From assembly GCA_918797485.1 (NCBI GenBank), contig CAKKNE010000004.1, positions 3,782,001-3,846,000 on the forward strand: DNA of 64,000 nucleotides. Direction: 5' to 3'. Below are positions 10,031 to 20,927 of the stretch, one piece after another (the stretch's first letter is position 1; each line of letters begins with the position of its first letter). The DNA comes from Pelagomonas calceolata. Taxonomy: Eukaryota. The notes beneath the pieces were generated by a model. That model saw only the letters and a program-made list of their open reading frames with translations, ran no database searches and had not been told where the DNA came from. The translations under genes were made by a program, and so were the position numbers.

Positions 10031-11863
10031 ATGGAGAGCACCCAGCCGCAGAGCGATGCCAAGCAGAGCGACGCCAAGAAGCAGAGCGATGCCAAGCAAA
10101 GCGACGCCAAGAAGCAAAAGGGCCGCGTGAAGAAGCTGCGCCGCTGGGCCGCCGCGGGTGACGTCTACACGCGCGCGCGCCTCGCCGAGTGCGCCGCGCA
10201 CGGCGTCGACGCGAAACTGACGGCGGAGACCACGCCGCCGGCGAAGGGCGGCCGCGTCCCGACGGTCAAGGGCGACGTCGGCACCGTCGTCTGGCGCGCG
10301 CTCGCGCCGAGCCTCGACGCGGCCGTCGGCGCCGTCTACGCGGACCCCGCGAGCGAGACCGAGGCGCGCCGGGAGTGGCCGCCCTGGCTGCGCCTCGGCA
10401 ACGCGGCGCGCGCGCGCCGCGTCGTGCTGGCCGTCGCGCCGGGCGTGGCCGACGCATCGGCCGTGCCGTTCCTGCGCGGCGGCGTGGCCGCGCGCGTCTA
10501 CGGCAAGCGCCACGGCGACGCGGACCGCGACGCGCTCGACGCCGTCGCCGCGGCGCCGCCGCCCTGGGAGGCCCCGCCGCCGAAGCGCAAGAAGGGCTCC
10601 GGCGGGCGCCGCGCGCAGAAGCGGCGGCGCAAGGAGGCGGCGCGCGCCGCGGAGGCGTCGTCCGACGACGACGACGACGAGCCGGACGTCGACTTGATGG
10701 AGGCGCCCTGGGCGCTGCTGCGGGACGCGGTCCTGACGCGGGCGCAGCTGGCGGCGAACGACTACCCCCTGCCGCGCGAGGCCGCGCCGCGCCACGTCGC
10801 GCTCGGGGCCGACGACGACGGGGAGGACCTCGGCGTCGTCGACGGCGCCGAGGCGTACCGGCTGCCGAGCCGGCCGCGGGCGGCGGCGATCTTGGAGAGG
10901 TGCGGCGCCGAGACGGTGCGGCGGAGCGGCGCGCCGCCCGGCGCGCGCCGCCGCGTCTTCGGGCTCGACTGCGAGATGGTCCAGACGACGGCCGGGGCGC
11001 GCGTGGCGCGCTGCACGCTCGTGGACGGGGCGGGCGCCGTCGTCTTTGACGAGCTCGCGAAGCCGGCGGAAAAGGTCGTCGACTACTGCACGCAGTGGAG
11101 CGGCCTCGACGAGGCGGCGCTGCGCGGCGTCGCGACGAGCGTCGACCAGGTCCGGGCGGCCCTCCTCGAGACGGTCGACGCCGACGACGTCTTGGTGGGC
11201 CACTCGCTCGACTGCGACCTGCGGGCGCTGGGCCTGGCGCACCACGCGTGCGCCGACACGGCGCTCCTCTACGGCCACCCCCGCGGTGCGCCCTACAAGA
11301 AGAAGCTCAAGCAGCTCGCGAAGGAGTTCCTGGACCGGGAGATCCAGGACGGGGCCCACGACTCGGCCGTCGACGCGCGCGCGGCGCTCGACCTCTTCGC
11401 GCTGCGGGTCGCGCGCGGGCCGGCGTTCGCGGGCGGCGCCGAGGACGCCTTCGCGCGGCTGGCGCGCCACGGCTGCCGCGTCTGCGTCGTGGGCGACGCC
11501 GCCACGCTCCAGCGACGCGCAACGGGCGCCGTGTCCGCCGTCCGCGCGACGGGCGCCGGCGTCGCCGCGGCCGCGGCCCAGAAGCACGCTGAAGGTTGGA
11601 ACCTCGTCGTGGCGCGGCTCGAGGAGGGCGGCGACCTCGACGGCGCGTGCCGCGTGCTAGAGGCCGCCCTCGCGGACGACGCGCTCCTGGTCGTCGTCGC
11701 GCAGCCGCCGCTGGACGAGGCGAACCGCCTGGCGCGCCAGAAGCGCCTCGCCACGGACCCGCGCGCGTCGACGGTCTGGACGGCCGAGCGCGAGAAGGCC
11801 TGCGCCGCCGCGCTGCAGGCCGCGTCGTACGCGGCGGTCGTCGTGAAGGCTCGCGGTGGCTAA
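10031..11863 (+). CDS. DEDDh RNA exonuclease (REX1/REXO5-like)
   Basis: FGLDCEMV, VVDYCTQWSGL, LVGHSLDCDL, HDSAVDARAA; N-terminal QSDAK(K) repeats. Confidence 0.88.
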   Translation: MESTQPQSDAKQSDAKKQSDAKQSDAKKQKGRVKKLRRWAAAGDVYTRARLAECAAHGVDAKLTAETTPPAKGGRVPTVKGDVGTVVWRALAPSLDAAVGAVYADPASETEARREWPPWLRLGNAARARRVVLAVAPGVADASAVPFLRGGVAARVYGKRHGDADRDALDAVAAAPPPWEAPPPKRKKGSGGRRAQKRRRKEAARAAEASSDDDDDEPDVDLMEAPWALLRDAVLTRAQLAANDYPLPREAAPRHVALGADDDGEDLGVVDGAEAYRLPSRPRAAAILERCGAETVRRSGAPPGARRRVFGLDCEMVQTTAGARVARCTLVDGAGAVVFDELAKPAEKVVDYCTQWSGLDEAALRGVATSVDQVRAALLETVDADDVLVGHSLDCDLRALGLAHHACADTALLYGHPRGAPYKKKLKQLAKEFLDREIQDGAHDSAVDARAALDLFALRVARGPAFAGGAEDAFARLARHGCRVCVVGDAATLQRRATGAVSAVRATGAGVAAAAAQKHAEGWNLVVARLEEGGDLDGACRVLEAALADDALLVVVAQPPLDEANRLARQKRLATDPRASTVWTAEREKACAAALQAASYAAVVVKARGG

Positions 11864-12319
11864 CAGTGGTGTGTTCGTTGTTTATTTTTAGAAAGGTTAG
11901 TCAGACATGCCGGAACAGACCGCGGCGCCGAAATGGGGCTTTCCGTAGGCGCTCGATGCGCGTCGTTTGCGCTCGTCACGCGGCTCGTGAGAGCTTTAAG
12001 TCGGCGCGAAGGCCTTCCGTTTAGTTCAAGGGGGTCAAGAGCTCGACCTTGGGCTAACGTTTGGCGGTTCAACCGGTTCAACAAACGGGTGGCTCAGAGT
12101 GGTAACCTGGCCTAACCTGGCCACCTTGCCCCTAAAGCCACTCATTTTCGCTCTGCTCGCGTTCCGTAAAAGTTTCATTCTGGTCGTCGACACTCGAAAG
12201 AGCGCTTCTTCGCTATCTATCCGCCGCGCGCGCGCGGCGCCCGTGGCGCCCCGCCACCAAAAGAGCTGTGGCCCATTGAGTGCCTCTTTCCGCCGCGCAG
12301 GGACACAAACCAAACAAGC

Positions 12320-13071
12320 ATGGCCGGCAAAACCTTCGCCGACGACGAGCAACCGCTCCTCAATGAGCAGAAGCCCAAGTCCTCGCTGACGCGCGTCGCC
12401 GTCCTCGCCGTCGCGTGCTCGTTCGTCCTCGGTTCCGTGGCCGGTACCGTAGTCCACCGCGGCGGCCACCCGTGTGGAATACGCGCCGCACGCCGTCGAC
12501 GCGACGTTGGCCCCGGGAATCGAACACGTGGTCCAGGAGGCACCACGCTAACGAAGAAGAGAAGTTAAGCGGCCCGTAGCGCGTTATAAGTTGTTTTCCC
12601 CACACAGGCGGCCGCGTCGGAGCCATGACGCGCCTCGACGACGTCGCTTCCAAGGACATCACCGCCGACCAGATTACGGGCGAGGACGCGCCCGCCCCGG
12701 CCCCGGCGCCCGGGTCCGTACCCAAGCAGATGCCCACTAGCTGCTATGAAGGGGGTCATCTGGCGGGCTATGGAACGGATCTCGCCATGGAGGGAAAGTC
12801 TTCCGACTGCTCCTTTATGAAGTTTGCTCCTGCTACGGACTGGGCTACCTTTGGGGATGGATCTTATGACGATAGTTGGATCTTATGCCTCTTCCCCGAA
12901 GGTGTCCACGCAGCGCCGGGGTGCCAACAAGCGCATTGCTCCTCGCCGGAGGTTTGCGCGAGAGAGGGCGGCGAGAACCTGGGGCAACCCAAGCACCACG
13001 ACGGCGCGCTCGCCTGGTCGACGGGATTCGCGGCGGTGACGGTCGCGGCCTCGACGGTCGCCTTCCTCTAG
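12320..13071 (+). CDS. Hypothetical membrane-anchored Cys-rich protein (join 12320..12461,12608..13071)
   Basis: A GC-AG intron joins ORFs 12320 and 12625 in frame (VHRG|GRVGAMTRL); hydrophobic N-terminal anchor and hydrophobic C-terminus. Confidence 0.65.
12462..12607 (+). mobile_element. Introner GC-AG intron (146 nt)
   Basis: TSD GCGGCCAC/GCGGCCGC (7/8); ends CCGTGTGGAAT...CCCCACACAG. Confidence 0.75.
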
Positions 13072-13339
13072 TCCGTCGCTACGTGCAGTGGTACGTCTCC
13101 CCTCCCTCCCCCCGCGCTGCGCCGTCGTACTTCTCTGTACTTCGGACGCGCACAACGTATAAAACCCTTTAGTGACTCTAGCTGTCCGCCTAGTAACGCT
13201 CGCGAGCAGTATGTTAATTTGAACGTCTGGACTCTACTACTACTAGTACTACACGTGAGAAGTCCCATAATTCGGTCGTCGCTGCGGTAGTAAACTGCCT
13301 AAAACAAACGTCGAAGAAACCTACTTAAGAGTCGGGAGG

Positions 13340-15400
13340 TCAAGCCTCGCCCTCCTCGCGGTCGGCGGCCGTCGCCTTCGTCTCGGCAGCCGTGGCCGCG
13401 CGCTCCTCGGCGTCCCACGCGGCGGGCACTGCCGCCGGCAGGCTGAGCCCGTCCTCGTCGAGGTGGAGGTGCTTCGCGAGGCGCCGCGCGAAGGCCGCGC
13501 CGCGCGTCGCCGCGTCGGTCGCGCTCGCGTCGCCGAGCCAGGCCGGCGCGTCCTCCGGGAGCTCCTCGGCGCTCCACGTCGTCACCTTCGTCGACGCGGC
13601 CGTCTGGGGCTCGAGGAGCCACGCGTCCAAGACGACGGGGCAGCGCTGGTGCGTCGTCGTCTCCGGGACGAGGGCCGACGTCACCGAGAAGCGCAGCCGC
13701 AGCCACGCGCCCGCCGCGCACCCGAGCGCCGGCGGCGCCGCGCGCCACGCGATTAGGACGGAGCGGTCGTGCGGCGCCTGGAAGGGCGCCAGGACCCCGC
13801 CCTTCTCGTGCACCAGGGCCGTCCGCTGGTCGTAGCGGTAGACGACGCGCCGCTGCACGGTGTCGCGCGACGCGTGCAGCGACACGTGCGGCGGCTCGTC
13901 CAACACTGTTACTAAAGCACCAATCGGCCGCGCGACGACGCACGACGAGAAGACCAAAGGTGCGTCGGCGTCGGCGAAGGCCCGCCGGCCGCCCTTGCTC
14001 GTATACGTCGCAGGAGAAGCCCAGGCCGGGTCATCACATAAAGTCTCCTCAACCACCAAATCCCAGGCGTGCAGCGCTTGTAAATTAGGCGCGTGCTTGA
14101 CGGCCTCCTTCGCCTTCTTCTTCACGAACCTTTTAACCTGCTCCGCGTCGGACGGGAGTTGCGGCGACTTGCGGAGCGCGTCCTCGGCCTTCTTGCGTAA
14201 TCTCTCCTCCTCGGCCTGGGCCGCGGCGGCGGCCTTCGCCCTTTCGTCGGTCTCCGCGAGCTGCTTCCAGGGGTCCGCGAACGTGTCCGTGTCGAGCATG
14301 GACTTTTCCAGATCACTAATCTTCTGGCCGTCGTAGGTCACGCCCGAGGCCGCCTCGCCCGGGAGGTACTTCCTCAAAACGCCCATCATGTAGCCGCCCT
14401 TGTTTCGGATCGACGAGTGAAGGTCCTCCATGGCCTCGCGGAACTCGTGCAACGCGGCCATGGCGTGCTTCGGGTTCAGTCTCAGTATAGTCTTGATGTG
14501 GCGCGTGTCGATGTGGCCGAGGCAGCCGGGGATCGCGAGGATCGCCTGGCGGTAGCTCTCGGGCAGCGGCTGGAGCAGGGGTAGGACTTCGTCGATCTCC
14601 GCCTGGGAGGCCTTGGGCGGCGGCTTGCGCTCGCGCTCGTTCGGCAGGCCGAAGCCCAGGGCCTTTTGCTTCGCGTTGAACTCGGCGATGGTCGTCACGC
14701 CGGCCTGCTTGAAGAGCTCGGCCATGCGGTCCGTGTCGCCGCCGGAAGGCAGGACGCGCGCGCCCTCGGGCACCTTGGCGCCCTCGCGTATCAACTGCTC
14801 GGGCACGGCGTTGTCGTCGCCGATCGCTAATCCAGAAGAAGGGTCGATGCCCGCGTGCGAGTAGCGGCAGTTGTCGCCCCGGAGGCACTTGCCTGTGCGC
14901 AAATCAATCGGTGAGTCGGGTGCAACGCGTCGATGGCGTGGCGGAGACGCGACAATTTCATTTATGCACTGGAACTTGCCGTTCATGAAGTCGCGGCACA
15001 CGTCGTTGAACCGCGGTTGCTGTCTTCGCGGCGGCGGCGGGCCGCCGTAGCCTCCGCCGCCGTAGTTGCCCGGGCCGCCCCCGCCGCCGTAATGGCCTCC
15101 ACCTCCGCCGCCCCAGCGGCCTTCATCGCGGCCTCCGGGCGGCGGCGGCCGGTAGCTCGGCTCGGGCGTCCGGCCGCGCCGCCCGCGACTCCGTGACCGC
15201 GACCGGCGGCGCCGCCCGCGGCTGCGGCTGCGCTCCCTTCGCCTATCGGAGCCCCGCCGGTCCCGGCTCCGCGACCGCCGGTCGCGCCGGCTCCGCTCCC
15301 GGTCGCGGTCGCGTCGGTCGCCGCCCCCGCGCTCTTCGCCTTCGGAGCGTCGGCGCTTGCGCTCCGTTCCTTCTTCCTTCGGCGGTTCCTGCTCGCCCAT
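13340..15400 (-). CDS. RS/RG-rich RNA-binding protein with a CCCH zinc finger (intron 14893-14979)
   Basis: RS-rich N-terminus; spliced finger CRDFMNGKCLRGDNCRYSH; IRNKGGYMMGVLRKY resembles the hnRNP-Q acidic domain; C-terminal part unassigned. Confidence 0.72.
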   Translation of the reverse strand: MGEQEPPKEEGTERKRRRSEGEERGGGDRRDRDRERSRRDRRSRSRDRRGSDRRRERSRSRGRRRRSRSRSRGRRGRTPEPSYRPPPPGGRDEGRWGGGGGGHYGGGGGPGNYGGGGYGGPPPPRRQQPRFNDVCRDFMNGKFQCINEIVASPPRHRRVAPDSPIDLRTGKCLRGDNCRYSHAGIDPSSGLAIGDDNAVPEQLIREGAKVPEGARVLPSGGDTDRMAELFKQAGVTTIAEFNAKQKALGFGLPNERERKPPPKASQAEIDEVLPLLQPLPESYRQAILAIPGCLGHIDTRHIKTILRLNPKHAMAALHEFREAMEDLHSSIRNKGGYMMGVLRKYLPGEAASGVTYDGQKISDLEKSMLDTDTFADPWKQLAETDERAKAAAAAQAEEERLRKKAEDALRKSPQLPSDAEQVKRFVKKKAKEAVKHAPNLQALHAWDLVVEETLCDDPAWASPATYTSKGGRRAFADADAPLVFSSCVVARPIGALVTVLDEPPHVSLHASRDTVQRRVVYRYDQRTALVHEKGGVLAPFQAPHDRSVLIAWRAAPPALGCAAGAWLRLRFSVTSALVPETTTHQRCPVVLDAWLLEPQTAASTKVTTWSAEELPEDAPAWLGDASATDAATRGAAFARRLAKHLHLDEDGLSLPAAVPAAWDAEERAATAAETKATAADREEGEA
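14893..14979 (-). mobile_element. Introner GC-AG intron (87 nt, in frame)
   Basis: TSD GCACTTGC/GAACTTGC (7/8); ends CTGTGCGCAAATCA...TGCACTG; removal restores CCCH spacing. Confidence 0.85.
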
Positions 15401-15640
15401 GGTATCGTTACCTTTTTATCGTCGCAGGTCCCGCAGTGCGGACGACACGGGTGCCGCGCGGCGGCGTAGAGGCGCGCTGAGCGAGTGTGGCTGCTGAGCA
15501 CGGTGTGGTGCCCCCAACGGCTGCTCGCTGTCGTTACGTCGCCCTTCGCTGCACTTGGCAACGCGCTGAGCGGAATAAGACGAACGGACGCGTCCAGGAT
15601 CAGGTCCCGCGGCTCGCGCGAGCTCCAGCTGCCGAGTTAG

Positions 15641-15662
15641 CTAGCGGCATGTAAGACACTAG
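15641..15662. promoter_or_regulatory. CTAG-N-CTAG upstream motif
   Basis: CTAGCGGCATGTAAGACACTAG between divergent starts 15400(-) and 15788(+). Confidence 0.6.
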
Positions 15663-15787
15663 CAAACGCTGGACAAGCTCTGCCGGCCAGAGCTCGGCGA
15701 ATAGGCCTTGGCCAGCCCACAGAACTCATTTTGGACTCAATCTCGCACTCCTGCGCCGAGGCAGACACTCAGCTCTCTTGAGAAGAG

Positions 15788-17068
15788 ATGTCCAGCTCCT
15801 ACGATCCCTCCGTAGACCGCGGCGCATTACGCCGCAGAGCCGCAGAGATAGGTAGAAGACGTTTGGGCACACAGCCCCTCTCACCAGACCTGGCAACGCG
15901 ACGGACGGGCCTGAAACGGTCGGACGACCAAGCCGTCGCCGCGCGGCGGCGCCTCGCGCGCTGCTACGCGGCCCTGCAGGCATCGCCGCGGCGACCAGAC
16001 TGGGACGCACTGACACGCCTGGCCCGCGGGGCCGAGGCCGCCGCCGCCGCCGCGCGACCAAGCATCGACGGCGAGTCGCCCGCGGCGCTGCGGCGCGAGG
16101 CACGTTTCGTCGCGGCGCACGTGGACCTCGCCGAGGCCCTGTACCGCTGCGACCTCGGCGCGACGGCCTCGGCGCTCGTCTCGGCGACGAAGGCTAGAGC
16201 CGCGCTCTGCGGCGAAGGCGCCGAATCGCCCTCGCTCAAGGCCGCGCAGCAGTTCTGCTCGGCGGCCTACGCCGCGCACCTGTCCAAGATCCCCATTCTG
16301 TTCGACGTGGACTGCGCGGCGGCGGCGACGGCGTCGGGCTCGGCGGACGGCGCCGCGCCCGCGCTCGCGTCGACGCTCGGTCGGCTCGCGGCCGCCACCA
16401 AGGTCTCCCCGGTGGAGGCCGACGACAAATCGCGACCGCTCGTCGCGCGGCCGCCGGCGTCGCCGCGCGCCGTCGAGCGCGTCGCCTCGGACTTCGTGGC
16501 CTGGCTCGACTCGCGGTCCGAGCGCGGCGGCGTCCTCGTCGTGCTGCTGGACGGAGGGCCGCCGGCGCTGCTCTACGCGCGGGCGTCGGCAGCGCTCCGC
16601 AAGAGCGCGGCCGCTCCCAGGAGGCGGCCGGACGCCTTCGAGGAGACCGCGCCGCCGAATTCCGGGGGCTGGTCGCTCGACGCCGTGCACGCGCGATTTG
16701 CGGCCCGCGCGGCGGCGGTCGCGGAGCGCTGCCGCGACGCGCCGTCGGACGCGGCGACGCGCTGGCGCTGCTCGCCGGGCGGCGCCGACGCCGACGAGAC
16801 GACGTTCTTCGCCGCGCGGAGCTGCGCGGCCCTCGCCGTGGCCTGCTTCGTCGTCGACGTCGCAGAGCCGCAGCGCCGCCGCCGCCAGGCGTCGCGCGAC
16901 GCCGCCTGCGGGAAGTTCGTCGTGGCATTCGCCAGGCCGTTCCGCGACGCGACGGCCGGCGCCTTCGTGCCGCGCGCGCTCGCATCGGTCGCGGCGGCGC
17001 CGGTCGAGAAGGCGGACGCCTCCGCCGCGGCGCGCGCGCCCGAGCGGCGGTGCTTCTGTTGGGGTTAA
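15788..17068 (+). CDS. Hypothetical protein
   Basis: 426-aa ATG-initiated ORF with coding-like GC3; no recognised motif. Confidence 0.6.
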   Translation: MSSSYDPSVDRGALRRRAAEIGRRRLGTQPLSPDLATRRTGLKRSDDQAVAARRRLARCYAALQASPRRPDWDALTRLARGAEAAAAAARPSIDGESPAALRREARFVAAHVDLAEALYRCDLGATASALVSATKARAALCGEGAESPSLKAAQQFCSAAYAAHLSKIPILFDVDCAAAATASGSADGAAPALASTLGRLAAATKVSPVEADDKSRPLVARPPASPRAVERVASDFVAWLDSRSERGGVLVVLLDGGPPALLYARASAALRKSAAAPRRRPDAFEETAPPNSGGWSLDAVHARFAARAAAVAERCRDAPSDAATRWRCSPGGADADETTFFAARSCAALAVACFVVDVAEPQRRRRQASRDAACGKFVVAFARPFRDATAGAFVPRALASVAAAPVEKADASAAARAPERRCFCWG

Positions 17069-17074
17069 ACTTAC

Positions 17075-17878
17075 TTATGACAGTTTTCGTGGCAAAGAAC
17101 CTCTCAGCGTGCCGCGCCACGTCGCCATGAGCTCGTCGTCGGCGCCGGCAGGCGTTGGTGTTTCTATGAAGACGTTGCCCGTCTTCCAGATCGTCTCGCC
17201 CTTTTTGACCGCGCCGCCCGCCTTGATCCCCTCGATCCAGTCCGCGTTCTGGCGCACGGGCGCCAAATCCGCCTCGTTCGACCGCCGCGAGATGACGCGC
17301 GCCTCGGCCATGCCCATCGGCGGCAACTTCCAGCATTTCTCGTGCACTTGAGCGAGCTTGGCGCCGCCATCAGGATTCTGCGAGGCGTTTTGGCGGTCGA
17401 TCAGGGTCTGGTTGTGCTTGCCCCGGAGCTGGAGCTTCAGGATCCTCCCGCCAGGCCCACGCTCGGCGACGCGGTCCAGGTACGTGCCGTGCGCCGTGCC
17501 GCCGGGCTTGCCGACCTGCACGCGGGCCCCGTTGCCGCAGATAACCTCACAGTCGTGGCGCCCCCGCAGGACAAGGGTGTACGACGTCCCCACCCTCATC
17601 TCGAAGGGCGTCCGCGGCCCGTCGCGCTTGCGCCAGACCCACTCCTCCACGATGTCAGTGTCGGTGTCGCAGATGCAGCCGCCGACCTCCGTCGTCGTCA
17701 CCGCGGGGTGCCCCGACGGGTGGTTGGCAAAACCATTACCCTGTGAGTCGAAGGACATGAGAACTTTGCCGCTGCCGCCCTCGTCGAAGAATGTCTTGCC
17801 GTATTTTGACACAAGCACTGTGCTGGGCAGCGGCGTGGAGGCGCCCGCTGATGCGGCGGCGCTGCCCGGTGCGCTCAT
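17075..17878 (-). CDS. FAM194-like domain protein
   Basis: SFDSQGNGFANHPSG...GGCICD...EEWVW pattern. Confidence 0.55.
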   Translation of the reverse strand: MSAPGSAAASAGASTPLPSTVLVSKYGKTFFDEGGSGKVLMSFDSQGNGFANHPSGHPAVTTTEVGGCICDTDTDIVEEWVWRKRDGPRTPFEMRVGTSYTLVLRGRHDCEVICGNGARVQVGKPGGTAHGTYLDRVAERGPGGRILKLQLRGKHNQTLIDRQNASQNPDGGAKLAQVHEKCWKLPPMGMAEARVISRRSNEADLAPVRQNADWIEGIKAGGAVKKGETIWKTGNVFIETPTPAGADDELMATWRGTLRGSLPRKLS

Positions 17879-18086
17879 CCTGAATCGTGGTGGTGCGCTG
17901 CTGCTTTTGCTGTATTGCTTGCTTGCCTAGTTAACGCTGTGGGGCAAGGTGCGATGAGACAGACATCCAAGCGCTGTGCATGCAAGCTCTCACACAGGAG
18001 AGAGCAAGCGGAAGCGGAGGAGAGACGGGTCCTTCCGACGCTTTCCCGCCAAAAACATCGTCGCCAACACTGGTGTACGAATCTTG

Positions 18087-18108
18087 CTAGTGTCTTACAG
18101 GCCGCTAG
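18087..18108. promoter_or_regulatory. CTAG-N-CTAG upstream motif (reverse orientation)
   Basis: CTAGTGTCTTACAGGCCGCTAG between divergent starts 17878(-) and 18240(+). Confidence 0.6.
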
Positions 18109-18239
18109 CAAGAGAATATAGTCGAGTTTGCGGCGCCTCGCGCGGCGCACAAAGTGCGCCTACATGCTGTGGTAGAGGTGGTGGTAGCTCGCACAAACAA
18201 GCATCCATCGACGCACGCAATAGCGCAGCACTTGCAAGG

Positions 18240-19172
18240 ATGGACTCGGACGACTCCGCGGACGACGACCCCTGCGAGATGTGCGGCGTGGACCCGACGA
18301 CGCGGGCGTCGAACCTCACGAAGCGCACGCTCATGACGAACGCGCCGACGGGCCAGCGCTGCGGCCACCGTTTTTGTGGCGCGTGCGTCGAGCGCGGCAG
18401 CCAGGCGTCCAAGGGCCAGGGGTCCTTCCCCTGCCCGGCGCTCGGCTGCGGCGCGCCCGTGCGGCGCGCGACGCTGGACCCGCGGCGGCTCGACGCCATC
18501 GAGGTGGCGCGCGACGCGTCGGCGCGCGCGCGGACGCTCGCCGTGCACAACAAGCCGCGCGACGCGTTCGCGACGCGGCGCGACTACGACGACTACCTCG
18601 AGGAGCGCGAGAACGTCGTCCACGCGCTGACCTACGGCGGCGCCGGCGCCGACGCCGCCCAGAAGAAGCTAAAAGAGGAGGCAGAGCGGGCCGCGACGGA
18701 CATCGCGCGCCAGGCGGCGCAGGAGGCCGACGCCGCGCGGCGGCGCGCCGACGCCGTCGACGACGACCGGCGGCGGACCGAGGCGCGCGCCGCGCGGCTG
18801 CGCGAGTCGCGCCGGCGGCAGAAGGATGCGCGCGGCCGCGATCGCGACCACGCCGTGGCCTACGCGCTCGGCGACCGCGACGACGCGCCGCTCGCCGCGC
18901 CTCCGGCGATGCAAGCCGTCCGATTGCCGCGGCCCGTCGGCCCGCCCAAGAACGAGCGCGTCGTCGCCGGCGCGGAGCTGGACAGGCGGCGGCGCGCGGG
19001 CGGCTGGCGCCGCGAGGCCTTCGGCCTCCGCGACGCCTTCGAGCTCGCGGCCGGCGCCGACGCTGGCCAGCTCACTGGGCCCGCGGCGCGGCCCTACCGC
19101 AAGCCGGAGCTGCTCTTCGGCCAGAGAGCAAGTGCCGCGAGCCCGCGCTCGGCCGGACCGCGGTTCTACTGA
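18240..19172 (+). CDS. MAT1: CDK-activating kinase assembly factor MAT1
   Basis: RING CEMC...CGHRFCGAC...CPALGC followed by EV..D...R.R.....NK....F....YDDYLEERE. Confidence 0.8.
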   Translation: MDSDDSADDDPCEMCGVDPTTRASNLTKRTLMTNAPTGQRCGHRFCGACVERGSQASKGQGSFPCPALGCGAPVRRATLDPRRLDAIEVARDASARARTLAVHNKPRDAFATRRDYDDYLEERENVVHALTYGGAGADAAQKKLKEEAERAATDIARQAAQEADAARRRADAVDDDRRRTEARAARLRESRRRQKDARGRDRDHAVAYALGDRDDAPLAAPPAMQAVRLPRPVGPPKNERVVAGAELDRRRRAGGWRREAFGLRDAFELAAGADAGQLTGPAARPYRKPELLFGQRASAASPRSAGPRFY

Positions 19173-19418
19173 GCTTAACTTTATGTAGTCAAAGATTTCC
19201 CGTCCCCCTCAGGAAGGGGCCGGACCGTGACGCCAAAGTGAGAAATTACCGTAGCTTTTCTCCCTGGATAGCTTGAACCCCGAAACTTGCTACGAACATA
19301 CTTAAGGTAATGACTAATATTCACGCAAAACAGGGGCTGCAAACGGTAGGGGGTTTTGGGGTGCGCCGGCCGCGGGCAGGCCGCGGGCAAGTCCCTCAGG
19401 CTAGCAAGACTAGCAAGA

Positions 19419-20561
19419 CTAAACCAACACAGAATTAGCCAACCTCCTCTGAAGCCGCGCCACGTCCGCACGCGCTCGTTCGACCGCGCCGTTCGCAGCG
19501 AGGAGCGCCGCCTCGATGTCCGCGCGGTGCGCGTCGCGCGTCGCCGCCGCGGTTTGCGCGTCGGCCACGGGGAAGTGGGTGTCCGCGCAGTCACCGACGC
19601 CGCGGAGCTCCGGGGCCGCCAGGTCTTTTGCAGCGTCGAGGCCCGCGTGGGCGTAGCGCCAGCGCGTCAGCCTATCCAGGTCGTCCCGGTGGATGCCCGA
19701 CCGGGCCGTCTTGAAGAAGATGGCCTCGAGGGGGCGCACGTCCTTGTGCTCGCCGGGGAAGTAGACGTCCCCGAGCTGCAGCTCCGTCGCGGCGCGGAGG
19801 TCGGCGCAGGTCTGGGCGGTCGCGTTGCCCGGCGGTTCCTGGATGCGTGCTCCGCGGCCGCCGTGCGCGAGCAGGAACCCACCCAGGCTCAGCCCCGCGT
19901 CGAGGATCGCGCGCGACAGCGGCAGCTCCCCGCCGTAGATCGCGTCGCCCTTGGACGGCGCGCAGAAGCGGTCCAGGTCGAAGAAGGGCGCCGCGGCGCC
20001 GTCGAGCTCCCGCGCCCGCAGCGCCAGCAGCATCGACTGGACGTGCGCGGACCGCGCGTTCCCGGCGTCGAGGTCCGCGCAGTGCACCGTCGTGCCGAGG
20101 AGCCCGAGGCCTTGGTCACCCGCGAGCGCGTCGCGGAAGACGCGCCACCAGGGCCGCGCCTCGTAGGCGGGCAGGAACGGCCCGCGCACGGACGCGTTGA
20201 GGAAGATCGCGTAGGCAAACTCGACGCCGCGCTCCCGCGCCGCCCGCAGCCCCGCCGACCACGCCCCAAAGTCGAAGCACGTGTTCTCGCGCTCCACGAC
20301 GATGACGTTGTCGCCCGCGGGCCAGTCCACGCTGTGGCAGCCGTTCGCGACGAGGACGAAGACCACGTCCGGGCTCGCCGCGTCGACGCCGAAGCGGAGG
20401 AAGTAGCGCGCGTTCGCGGCGGCGTCCGCCGAGTGCTGCGAATACGCGTAGACGACGAGCGTCTTCTCGCGCTTGAGCTGGATGGGCCCCTCTCCGTCGA
20501 CGGCGACGGCGACGCCGCGTGCTGCTCGCAGGAGTGCGAGGGTGATGAGCTGCTTAAGCAT
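19419..20561 (-). CDS. Secreted putative glycosyltransferase-related (RgpF-like) protein
   Basis: Signal peptide; RENTCFDFGAW, IFLNASVRGPFLP, HVQSM. Confidence 0.6.
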   Translation of the reverse strand: MLKQLITLALLRAARGVAVAVDGEGPIQLKREKTLVVYAYSQHSADAAANARYFLRFGVDAASPDVVFVLVANGCHSVDWPAGDNVIVVERENTCFDFGAWSAGLRAARERGVEFAYAIFLNASVRGPFLPAYEARPWWRVFRDALAGDQGLGLLGTTVHCADLDAGNARSAHVQSMLLALRARELDGAAAPFFDLDRFCAPSKGDAIYGGELPLSRAILDAGLSLGGFLLAHGGRGARIQEPPGNATAQTCADLRAATELQLGDVYFPGEHKDVRPLEAIFFKTARSGIHRDDLDRLTRWRYAHAGLDAAKDLAAPELRGVGDCADTHFPVADAQTAAATRDAHRADIEAALLAANGAVERARADVARLQRRLANSVLV

Positions 20562-20688
20562 AGTGTTTACGCATGCATCTCCGTTGCGGCGCGGCTGCCC
20601 CCATCAGTCGCGTACTATTGCGATACACAGTTCGCCTGCCGCCTGCACAGACGGGCTGCCCACGCACTGTGTTTGCCAGCCGTAGTTC

Positions 20689-20709
20689 CTAGTATGTCTG
20701 TCACGCTAG
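20689..20709. promoter_or_regulatory. CTAG-N-CTAG upstream motif (reverse orientation)
   Basis: CTAGTATGTCTGTCACGCTAG between divergent starts 20561(-) and 20928(+). Confidence 0.55.
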
Positions 20710-20927
20710 TCGCTGCGGCTTTGCGACCGGCCACCAACCAATTGGCTTGGCAACGGCATTCAGAGTTCGCGAAAGATCGTTCAGCATTCGTCTGCATCTC
20801 TCGTAACCTGCACGCAAGCTTAGCGCACTGCACTACAATCACAGCAGTGCTACAGGGCAGGCAGGAAGTGCGTGTGCGCGCAGCGCTGCAGGAAAAGCGC
20901 ACCGCGCAGCGCTGTCGCATATAATAG

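Noticed and set aside
12087..12105. A-box-like GTGGCTCAGAGTGG as a tRNA start
   Set aside because: No downstream T arm/B-box or acceptor pairing found.
19206..19400. 8-bp direct repeat CCCTCAGG flanking a 179-bp intergenic segment
   Set aside because: No terminal inverted repeats or similarity to the introner family; could be chance.
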